Assembly: GCA_048013815.1 (NCBI GenBank)
Contig: CM106585.1
Span: 2,232,001-2,296,000, forward strand
DNA: 64,000 nt
Source: Setoptus koraiensis
Taxonomy: Eukaryota; Animalia; Arthropoda
Direction: 5' to 3'
This document shows, one piece after another, positions 47,364-56,681 of the stretch. How positions within the stretch are numbered: position 1 is the first letter of the stretch; the number at the start of each line of letters is the position of its first letter. The notes beneath the pieces were generated by a model. The model was given only the letters and a program-made list of their open reading frames with translations. It was not told the origin of the DNA and made no database searches. The translations under genes were made by a program, and so were the position numbers.

Positions 47364-49824
47364 CATCCCTCACCATCTAACTTGTTCATGTTTTCGCAAC
47401 AAGCAAAGCGAAAGAAGTATGCGTTCAGTTTTTATGTATGCTCTTCTTGTTGTTGAGTGTTTCCCCGAGCATTATTTAACTAACAACCTAAACAACAAGA
47501 AGCACCAAATATCTGTCTTTTGTATCGAAAAGAATGGCTCTTGTAGAGAGATATAAACACTGCACACTCTAATACATAACAAAGTTTGCAAACAGATATA
47601 GTTGCCACGAGGCAAATCTGTTTGTGTCGACTCAAGTTGTTTGTTGGATAGACAAAAAGTCGAGTGAGTGAGATCTGCAAGCAACGAACAACAAAAACAG
47701 TGGACAATAACTGAATGAAGCGTGCCCAACCAACTAAATGATTGTCTGCATCTATGCTCATAACTCTGGCTCACATCCCGCCAGATACTTCTCCAAAGAA
47801 AGCCACCCTACAACCAAACCAAACTAATGCACTTTAAACATTATTAACGTTACATAATGGCTTATATAGAGCGCACAATTTCAATGATTGTTGTCCTTTC
47901 TCTTGTTTCTCTATCGTATGTCATTGCTGCTGGTGTCTAGTTTAAACTATTGCATACACAATCTTTGCAATTACCATTGCATCATAATTGAATAACAAAA
48001 AAAAACATTTTACTGTACGATAAGCTTGCATATACAACATGATGATGACAACCATAATGAAAATTTTCCATAGTAACGTTGCTATAGTAATCTATCGAGG
48101 TTGATCAATGGAAAACTTTAGTTTTGTAAAACATGAACGTGCTTGCTTATGGAAAGCAACAAAAACAATACTCTACAACAGATAACACCAATTTGTTTGC
48201 TGAACAACAAATTAGAAACAATGATCATTATGCAGCACTAACAAAATTAAAATAAAACTTGCTCGTGTTACAGCCACGGAGCTACTCATACATGTTTCTA
48301 TAATTACAAGAGCAAGTCATAATGCTATTACCGCTCTAAGCTCTGCTTGTTCCATTTCCAGCCAAACAAATAGTTTGGGTAAGGGCAAGTAAATGCATAA
48401 TCTAAAATGTGTAACTTATAATGTTTTTTCCTGTTAGTTGGTATATAGACTGGAAACCATCAAGATGAATATAGCCAATAGACAACTTTGCGACATACTA
48501 TTGCACAGGTGATTGTGAAACAATACTGTCGTTCATCCTAATAGTGATTGCAAAATATGGCCAATTTGTACTAAATCAACGTTATGCATAAAATAAATAT
48601 AGAGAGCATGTAAACATAACAACAATAATGTCGTGATATTGTGTAAGGTGTATTAAACTGATAATATAGATAGTTGTTATGCAAGAAGAACAGCAACAAT
48701 ATTATCATTCGATAATGAGCTCTCAGTATGCAGTGCATGATTAAATGTTCCTCTTGTCTTCATGATTCTTTGAAAACACGACAATGCTTTCCAAACTATT
48801 CTATTGTTGTTGCGCAATGTACGTTGCTGTTACTCAAAGTACATATTTGTATTGTTGTTTATACGGAACAAATACAAAGACACTCATAACTTTCGAGAGA
48901 TGTAAAACGAACAATAACTTTTGGTTGACTTGCTTAACGTATATGCACATCCGGATGCCAAGATCAGGTGTAAATTTGCATGAAAACGCAATAGCGCAGC
49001 GTGATGTGATTGAATTGATGTCTGTCTTTGTCGTAATATATACATCAATACATATGTAGTCATTTTCATGTATATGTAGTCAAGATACCATCTATGTTTC
49101 TATGGTTAAACATCGCAGCCATGCGGTGCGACGGCTTCAATGCAAACTTTAAATAAAGTCCTTGTTTAGCTAGATGTGATCAATCACTTTTATTATTTTC
49201 TCATTTTTGTCGCTTTTAATGATAAGACTAAATCAACCCATAAAACACTAACATAACAGCGAATGGAATATCCATTCTATTCACTTTTCTGATTCATTGT
49301 TATTTGTTTTTCATATCGACAGAAAGAAGTGTCAGTGAAATGATGCTGAAGTAGCTAAGATTTATACATATATTCTTCGGGACTTCAAAATCGCCTCATT
49401 TGTTCCATGACCAGAAGTAGTGTTCATTCAGAACTTGCAATAAAAAAGCAATCATCCAAGTGAACTCTTCGTCTACCATTAGCAGAACCCATTCATCGAT
49501 TATTATTATTCGATTATTAGTCACATAGTACACGCGATGGGACTCGGGGAACATTGAGGATTAAATGGAAATCAATGAAAGGTGTGGGGACGTCCTCCTC
49601 CCCTTATCTGTACATTGAGCTGGACGATATGTGATGTGTACGAATTATGCGTTACTGTGAAAAAACGTTAAAGATCTTTATTTTGAAAACTGGACGAATC
49701 CGGTAAGATTTGGTTTTGAGTAAAAAATATTGAAATCTCGAATCTAGACCCCAGAGATTATTTCTGAAACTCCTCACCACATACAGTGCTGGTAACAGGT
49801 AGAATTATCGATTCTCCAGCGCCA

Positions 49825-50040
49825 ATGAGCGGGAGTGTCCCTTGTGAGTTGAAAAAAGAAAATTCAGGGGGCGAACATTCTAACAGTGACCCAAATGACG
49901 AATCCATCTATTATCCAGCCCTATTTAGTAAAATTTTCGTCAAAGATGGAGTGATGCGGATAGGGGATCCGCATGGAGAATACGAGGATTTCGGTTACAG
50001 GACAAGTTTAATGAAGGATAAACCAGATCCTAAGAGATAA
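49825..50040 (+). CDS. Possible 71-aa protein of unknown function (MSGSVPCELKKENSGG...KDKPDPKR)
   Basis: Non-repetitive ORF in the gene-dense island. It is preceded by a possible 5'UTR intron (GTAAGA at 49703; acceptor CAG at 49786 or 49819). No recognised family. Confidence 0.35.
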   Translation: MSGSVPCELKKENSGGEHSNSDPNDESIYYPALFSKIFVKDGVMRIGDPHGEYEDFGYRTSLMKDKPDPKR

Positions 50041-50124
50041 ATGATGATATATTACATTCAATCCATTACATACATACATTACTACATGATAAATGATTAA
50101 AGCATTACAAATTACAGCATTACT

Positions 50125-51060
50125 TTAACGGGCCAATTGTGATGAATAGAGGGTGATTGGCAAGTCCCAAATAACAGTTTCAATATCTATATTTTCCTTT
50201 AATGTTTCCATATGTCCATTTTTGTTGACTTCAGATACTTCTCTAAAATTTCCTTTTTGTGCTATGCCGAATTCAAAGTGCAATCTCCAATTTAGCGACA
50301 AAATATCAGTTTTAAAAGTAGGCGAGACAGTCAATGGAATAGAAATCGACATTTGCGTTTGTTCAGTATTTATACATATTTCACTATGGCTGTTGAAGGT
50401 CCTAAATAGCATATCATTTGACTGCTGTGTATATAATGTCTCCTCTACACTCTGCAGACTAACGGTATACGAGACACAATGTAATTTTGTGTCAGAGAAG
50501 TTGAAAACACCGATGATATTCTCGCCCAACTTGTAAGATTGCTTTAACAATGAGAAGCGCCCAAGTCGACCTTTTTTTGTAGCTATTGCGTAAGTTGTGG
50601 CACAATTCTTGGAGGCTAGATCATCATTGTTTGGGAAGGTCATGATTTGTAGGGGCAACCTGATAGACTCAATTGCGCTATTGATCCTTTGACTACCTAT
50701 ACACAAACTATGTATATACTGAATTCTCTGTCCTCTGTATGATGGCGGTGAATCTTCAGGTATCAATTCCTCGTAGTGGAAAATTTTGGCCTCGCCGGGT
50801 TTCAGTGTTAAATCGCAGAATAAAATTTTGGGCTTCGTTGCAATCAATTTATTTGTTGAGTGGTCAAATGAAGTTTTTTTCTTTTGCATCTTACGAATGT
50901 TCTTATTGCCATTGTCCTCTAAATGGCATATGATTTGTCCACAAGCTAAGCCTAAAATTTCCTTTTGGTCATTATTAGTATTCTTAAATTCAATTTTACA
51001 CTTCACTGTTTCTTTCACAAAATAGACACTCCTGTCTAGAGTGGTCCTAATCTCGATCAT
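50125..51060 (-). CDS. RGP1: RAB6A-GEF complex partner protein 2 (Rgp1), intronless, 311 aa
   Basis: MIEIRTTLDRSVYF..E.VKC, PKILFCDLTL.PGE, PPSYRGQRIQY.HSL.IG.QR, LNWRLHFEF and ETVIWDLPITL match the Rgp1 family pattern. Confidence 0.9.
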   Translation of the reverse strand: MIEIRTTLDRSVYFVKETVKCKIEFKNTNNDQKEILGLACGQIICHLEDNGNKNIRKMQKKKTSFDHSTNKLIATKPKILFCDLTLKPGEAKIFHYEELIPEDSPPSYRGQRIQYIHSLCIGSQRINSAIESIRLPLQIMTFPNNDDLASKNCATTYAIATKKGRLGRFSLLKQSYKLGENIIGVFNFSDTKLHCVSYTVSLQSVEETLYTQQSNDMLFRTFNSHSEICINTEQTQMSISIPLTVSPTFKTDILSLNWRLHFEFGIAQKGNFREVSEVNKNGHMETLKENIDIETVIWDLPITLYSSQLAR

Positions 51061-51552
51061 ACTGCGAGTTGTCCTCTGGAATTCATGTGATATTTTGTTG
51101 GAATTATGTTCAATAGATAGCTCATCTAATGGATAATAATAAATAAAGATTCTTGGACTAGTAATAGAATATTATGTATACCAAGTGTTTAACCAATATC
51201 TCATTCGAACAATATTTCAATTGTGAATAAAAATAAACATTATATACTCCGATCATTTTGCACCAGAAGGCGCTCTACTCGAACCTCTACTAAAGCCCGC
51301 TCAAATCTCATTTGTACTGACGAATTGGTCGCTTTTCAGCACACTTTGTAAACAAAATTTAATGTATAATGCGTAAGCAATCAATATAAAAACGTGCCTT
51401 CATTTTCCATTATTGTTATCATCACAAGAATTCATCTTTTCACTATTATTATTTCATCATAAAATATACACATTATTATAAAATCTTCTACTCTTTTGTT
51501 TGGTACCAGTCATAATAAGGTTACAAATAAAAACATTGAAAAAACATAGAAG
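51061..51552. promoter_or_regulatory. Probable bidirectional promoter region between RGP1 and COPS8
   Basis: 492 bp between head-to-head ATGs; inferred from gene arrangement only. Confidence 0.5.
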
Positions 51553-52146
51553 ATGGACTACTCTGTTGACTATGTCAGTCTCGCACGTCAACTTGAGAGA
51601 CAAGAATTAGAGTCATCATCAGGTGCTTCACCACAAGTTTACGGACAATTGTTAGCTATGTATCTATTAATCAATGATCTACCTTCAGCCAAATATTTGT
51701 GGAAACGTATACCAGATCATATCAAGGCACAAAATAGTGAATTAACCGCGGTGTGGCAAGTAGGTAAACACTTGTGGCATCACGACTACCCAAATATATA
51801 CTCATCCATTACTTCATACCAGAATTGGCCAATGCATCTTGGAAACATAATGAATCTCTTGTTGGAATCCACTAGAAATAGGGCAAAAATTCTGATATCT
51901 AAAGCCTATTCATCTATTTCATTGAACGATTGTGTTAAACTACTAGGCCAATCAGAAGAGGAAGCTATAAAAACAATCAAATCTCTGGGATGGACTCTAG
52001 ATACAGAGACTAACCATGTTGCTCCTAATAAACCTTTGCCACAACTATCTACTAGTAAACATGGTCTTCTCGGTTTCGACAATGGAGTAGAACTGCTGAA
52101 CAAATTAACACAATATGTAGTATTCTTGGAACAATGTAGCAATTGA
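51553..52146 (+). CDS. COPS8: COP9 signalosome subunit 8, intronless, 197 aa
   Basis: LERQELE, YGQLLAMYLLINDLPSAKYLWKRIP...NSELTAVWQVGKHLW, LISKAYSSISL and KLTQYVVFLE match the CSN8 pattern. Confidence 0.95.
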   Translation: MDYSVDYVSLARQLERQELESSSGASPQVYGQLLAMYLLINDLPSAKYLWKRIPDHIKAQNSELTAVWQVGKHLWHHDYPNIYSSITSYQNWPMHLGNIMNLLLESTRNRAKILISKAYSSISLNDCVKLLGQSEEEAIKTIKSLGWTLDTETNHVAPNKPLPQLSTSKHGLLGFDNGVELLNKLTQYVVFLEQCSN

Positions 52147-52196
52147 ATATAATAGAGAAGCAAATAGACTCGAGTACCCAGTGTGTTAGTTCATCA

Positions 52197-54470
52197 TCAT
52201 GTTATTTTAATTTTGTATCTGTCGGCCTCCGTCATAGGATGATATTCAAATAATTCCATGGTGAAACAACCATGACCTGATGTTGTGACCCTAAGATACT
52301 CCGAATAACTAGAAAGCTCACTCAGTGGTGTTAGCGTCCGTATCGTCAAGCTTTTCAAATTTGGTGTCGTACTTTGAATTAAACTTCTCCTAGTCGAAAG
52401 ATCACTTATTACTATACCACTATATTCAGACGGAATCACTACTTCTAGTAGCATCATTGGCTCTAATAAAACCGGTGAGCAATTTTTGACAGCATCTGTC
52501 AGACATTTTGAAGCTGCTGAAGATATAACTGCTGGACTACACCTATTGCTTGCTTTAAACTCTAATAAATCTATTTCGCAGTCAATTACTTCGAAACCAA
52601 GCAATGGACCATGACGTAATGCCGAGCCAAATCCTCTGTGCATTGCCTTGATGAAGTCTTTTCTTATTCTTTCATTCTCGGCATTAGCTGTTATTTTCAA
52701 GTTTTTATATGACCAAGTACCGAGATTTGGTGTATTCTTTATGCGAATTTTCATGTGCACATCGCTTTTTATCGAATCGAAAACAATGTTGTAATTGATC
52801 TCTTCTTCCTTTTCGCCTATAAAAGCTTCGCGATAAGAAATTTGCAGAGGACCTAAATGAGCCGATACTCCATACTCAGATTCTATTCTGTCCTTTATAA
52901 TTTCAATGTGCAATTTTCCCATTCCTTTTATAATCATCTGACCCATATCTTCAATTTCATAGGTGAACGAAGGATCCTCTCTCGACAAACATTCTAGAGC
53001 ATGCTCGAGAGCATTTTGTTTGAGCATGGATGGTGCTTCAATAGAACAATAAAAAACTGGTTCTATTCTTTTTATACTGGGTAAATGAACACCATCAATA
53101 ATGAGGAATTGGGGGCCCTCATGATTCGGCCTAGAATCAATCGAGTAGTCTGCAATAGTCTGGCTGGATGCATGAAAACTCGAATCAACTAGTACATCAC
53201 CCGTCTTAACGTTCGTCAGGCCTGACACAACTGCTATGTTGTAAACTCCGACAGAGCCATCTCGCACTTCTTGGAAGTCATCAGCGAATGCCTGGTAAAC
53301 TTTTTTGACCGACCCTTTGGAGGAATCTCTTAGATTAATAAGCTTCATCTGATGCATTAGAGAGCCTTTATATATTCTAATGAATGTAAGCGGTCCCAAC
53401 ATTTTGTCATGTATAATCTTAAATACAAATCCTATGAAGGATTGCGATGTTGAGTTTTGTATTGTTTCATTATCGGCTTCTGATTTAATCTGTTTGAGCC
53501 TATCAACTGGAGATGGCAGAAGTTTAACCATGCCGTCCATCAATGTTTGGATTCCAATATTTTTGTAGGAGGAACCAACGAACACTGGCGAAGCCAGTCT
53601 CTCCAGAGTAACTGAACGTAGTGCCTTGTAAGTTTCTGATGATGACACATCATAGAGTTGATCACAGTTTATAACATGCGATGCAAAATCATCGTTCATA
53701 TCGGACAATTTGTTTATCAAGTATTCGCGTTTTTCTTCAACGATTTGAGCTAGTTCAGTTCCTTTTGAAACGGGTATATTGTCGTAGCTTGATCCTGTTG
53801 CTGACCACGTCAAGACACTACGATCTATTAGATCAACTAGTGAATCAAATCTCTGGCTATCTTTCTTGAATGGAATCTGCAATAGTAAAGGCTCAATGTT
53901 GAGCTTAGATTTGATATCATTCAAACATAATGAGAGACTGGCAGTGGGTTTATCAAACTTATTTAGATAGATAATATTTGACAGATTGTAACGATTTGCT
54001 TGATTCCACACTGTGATAGTTTGAGCCTCTACTCCAGCCGATGAGTCCAATATTGTGACGGCTCCATCAAGAACACTGAGGCTCCTCTCCACTTCCATTG
54101 TGAAATCGACATGGCCGGGTGTGTCAATCAGATTAAGTTTATGCTTTGACCAGAAAAAAGTGATTGCTGCCGATGTAATAGTGATCCCTCGCTCCCTTTC
54201 TTGCTTGAGGTAGTCTGTCACGGTATTGCCTTGGTCCACTTCACCGATAGTATCAGATAATCCAGAATAGTGAATAATTCTCTCGCTCGTGGTTGTTTTG
54301 CCTGCGTTAATATGAGCTATAATACCTACATTGCGAATACGTTCAGGTGACGCACTATTCGATAGAGCATTGTTTTTACTCTTCTTGCTCGCTTGAGCAG
54401 AATATCTTCGACATTGAGTTGATGGGGACTTCAATGGAGATTTCTTTGGGATCCGGCGAACACAAAACAT
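52197..54470 (-). CDS. GFM2: Mitochondrial ribosome-releasing factor 2 (EF-G2mt), intronless, 757 aa
   Basis: Basic N-terminal presequence. RIRNVGIIAHINAGKTT, DYLKQERERGITITSAA, NLIDTPGHVDFTMEVERSLSVLDGAV, GVEAQTITVWNQA, LSREDPS, GMGKLHIEII.DRI, LLEPMMLLEV. The EF-G domain layout and divergence pattern fit GFM2 rather than GFM1. Confidence 0.93.
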   Translation of the reverse strand: MFCVRRIPKKSPLKSPSTQCRRYSAQASKKSKNNALSNSASPERIRNVGIIAHINAGKTTTSERIIHYSGLSDTIGEVDQGNTVTDYLKQERERGITITSAAITFFWSKHKLNLIDTPGHVDFTMEVERSLSVLDGAVTILDSSAGVEAQTITVWNQANRYNLSNIIYLNKFDKPTASLSLCLNDIKSKLNIEPLLLQIPFKKDSQRFDSLVDLIDRSVLTWSATGSSYDNIPVSKGTELAQIVEEKREYLINKLSDMNDDFASHVINCDQLYDVSSSETYKALRSVTLERLASPVFVGSSYKNIGIQTLMDGMVKLLPSPVDRLKQIKSEADNETIQNSTSQSFIGFVFKIIHDKMLGPLTFIRIYKGSLMHQMKLINLRDSSKGSVKKVYQAFADDFQEVRDGSVGVYNIAVVSGLTNVKTGDVLVDSSFHASSQTIADYSIDSRPNHEGPQFLIIDGVHLPSIKRIEPVFYCSIEAPSMLKQNALEHALECLSREDPSFTYEIEDMGQMIIKGMGKLHIEIIKDRIESEYGVSAHLGPLQISYREAFIGEKEEEINYNIVFDSIKSDVHMKIRIKNTPNLGTWSYKNLKITANAENERIRKDFIKAMHRGFGSALRHGPLLGFEVIDCEIDLLEFKASNRCSPAVISSAASKCLTDAVKNCSPVLLEPMMLLEVVIPSEYSGIVISDLSTRRSLIQSTTPNLKSLTIRTLTPLSELSSYSEYLRVTTSGHGCFTMELFEYHPMTEADRYKIKIT

Positions 54471-54547
54471 GTCGCCTAATTTAACTTATTTTAACAACAA
54501 CAAAAAAATACAACCAATCATTAGATTGTCACGTGAGTGGTGCTGCG

Positions 54548-54755
54548 GGCAGGGTCATGAGCCGCGCACGGGTATGATCTGCAACGAGCGGGACGGGGGC
54601 GTGCCCACTAGGCCACACTCGGGCCGGCTCACGGATTGTACCGATAGAGGGTGTGTTGAGTTGTAGAAAATTTCTATCTAGAGATAATGTACCGGCGAGG
54701 TTGCGACTTTCGACAGAGTATTGTGGTACTTGTATCAAGTTGATGTTGACCTGAT
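54548..54755 (-). ncRNA. Candidate RNase MRP RNA (compact form)
   Basis: GC-rich island of about 205 nt between T-tracts. On the minus strand: GAAAGUC (54711-54705) and GCGGCUCA (ends 54558) resemble CR-I and CR-V and can pair as P4. Terminal CAGGUCA/UGACCCUG could form P1. A hairpin with a CCACAA loop precedes GAAAG, GCCGG/CCGGC could form P7, and AGAUA-GAAAU-UUUCU resembles the GARAR-loop P8. Folded by eye; CR-IV and P2 are not convincingly placed. Confidence 0.45.
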
Positions 54756-56021
54756 TTTTTTTCATATATTTCAAGACAATTCGAATTTCGCCACTCTAAC
54801 AACTGTTAGTGAACTTAGCACGTTCGGAATGGAAATCATTGTATTGTTCATTCAATTTTTTCGAAAATTTTTCATCAACGTATACATACATTTTAGTTGG
54901 TTAGTTCGTTGGCGGAATCTATTTTTCGAATTCATTCAGGTAGGTTCAGTGGAATACTCATTCATTTCAATTGAGAACTTGTAATATACAAGCGCAGAGT
55001 GGACATAATCTCATGATTTCTCCCTTTTCATATATGTAGTGCGACTTGATTTGACATAACCATACCAGTCAATCGGAAAAAATGAGATCATTGCAGAAAA
55101 TATTCGTTTTCCGTGTTTTCTAAAGATCTTCTCTTGTACCGTTCGATCAGGGTAGTGTAGAACTTGGTAGGAGGCGACGTTGTGAGGAGAAGGGTTTTCC
55201 TTGTCAGATCACTCATCGACAGGTTAGAACAATAACCTGATGTATCCTGAGGGTATCTCATGATTCTTTAGCGTCAGTTGCTTCTATTTGTTCGATCTTG
55301 ACGCAATCTTCTGCACTGCAATCTCCTCTTTATTGCGAATATATCGTGTAAATGTGGTTTTTCTTATTCGTCTCACTGTTACACAAATTGACTTTTCGCA
55401 AAAATGAACCCTTCAAAATTTCGAGCTATTTCAAGTGCGCGTAGAGCGCGAGACTAGGCAAAAGTGGAGGAAATTCCAGTAAACGAAGATTTTGATACCT
55501 CGAGCACCAACCATGTATCCAAGACATTGCTCCCAGTGATAATTGACCTATTTAAACCTATGAAAACTAGAATTGAAGCTAGATTCTTACAATGAGAGAG
55601 TGAAACAGCCCTAGAGATGACTACTTTTCACTTTAATCCGAGAATTTCTATAAAAGAGGTACAGTTAGTCTTATAGATATATCGACGCTTTTAACAAAGA
55701 AACAGAGCGAAAATCTCTATTTGTGGCTGTTTTGGTGAAGTTATTCTGCACTTTACTAAATGTTGAAGTGGCTGTTCAATTGGTTAGTTTTCAGAAGTTT
55801 TCCCATGTCAAACGAACAACAATCGGCTCCAATTGAATCCATGGTACTGTAGCAGGGCGCACTGAGGAATTTGCAGAAATTCATACATCTTATGGAGCTG
55901 GCTATTCGGACAACCATCTTGCCCCCGAGAAGAATATGCATAATTCTCACCCCTTTTATTCTATATGATGTAATGATGTTGATACTTATGTGAATTTTGC
56001 TTTGAGTTATTTTTTTTTCAA

Positions 56022-56681
56022 TCACTGACTATAATTCGTCTGAAATCTCTGGTCAATGATCGCTGCTGGTTGCTCTTGCATTATTGTGTCGTCTGTCTGA
56101 TTCGATAGTATCGCTCTCGATAGTTTCCAACGTTTGTAAATATAATAGGCATATCTTAATGACATTGAAAACGAGAGAGCTGCATCCAATGAGAAACTCA
56201 AGTTGGATTTAACGATAGCCATTGATACCATGATCGCTCCTAGTGTTATTGAGGCCAAGAATAGAAGATAATGATTTTTGTATCTAAACTCTACAACGGT
56301 TCCCACAATGATAATGACTGCAAAGGTCAGACATAATAACAAGTATCCAAGATCCTGTTCAGTGATGTATCCTGTTATGGCCCATAATGTCACCAATTCC
56401 GCATAATATACAGACACTAGATCAAAGTGAATCTCTCGGCCACAAATGTTGTATTTGTGCACATTAATGCCTGATTTTTTGTCCGCTTTTCGTCTGTTTG
56501 CATCGCCATTCTCTAGTTCTTCTTCGACATTCATGTTCACTGGAATATCTATTGGAGGTTTTAGAGATTGCCGCGTTTCGCAATCTTTCAAATTCAAATG
56601 TTTGTTGTACGTTTTTGTAAAAACTATTCGTCTTTAGCTCTATGCCGATTCCTTTGATTATAGGTACTTACTGCAGAACAT
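56022..56681 (-). CDS. Uncharacterised membrane protein with about 3-4 TM segments
   Basis: Non-repetitive ORF 56022-56597 with hydrophobic segments (LGYLLLCLTFAVIIIVGTVV, YLLFLASITLGAIMVSMAIV). First in-exon ATG at 56534. Alternatively a 10-nt first exon 56681-56672 (ATG TTC TGC A|gtaagt) splices in frame via an 87-nt intron to 56584. Confidence 0.6.

Noticed and set aside
51260-51310. B-box-like GGTTCGAG on the minus strand, considered as a tRNA
   Set aside because: No T-stem, acceptor stem or cloverleaf could be formed.
55080-55300. U3 snoRNA-like fragments (GATCATT, GAGGAGA, CTGA) and a 57-aa minus-strand ORF
   Set aside because: Box order and spacing do not fit U3, and the ORF is short and unrecognised.
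55404-55595. 63-codon plus-strand frame interrupted by a single TAG, considered as readthrough or pseudogene
   Set aside because: No readthrough context motif or homology; consistent with chance.
55756-56025. 89-aa minus-strand ORF abutting the membrane protein
   Set aside because: Probably that gene's 3' UTR; no motif support.
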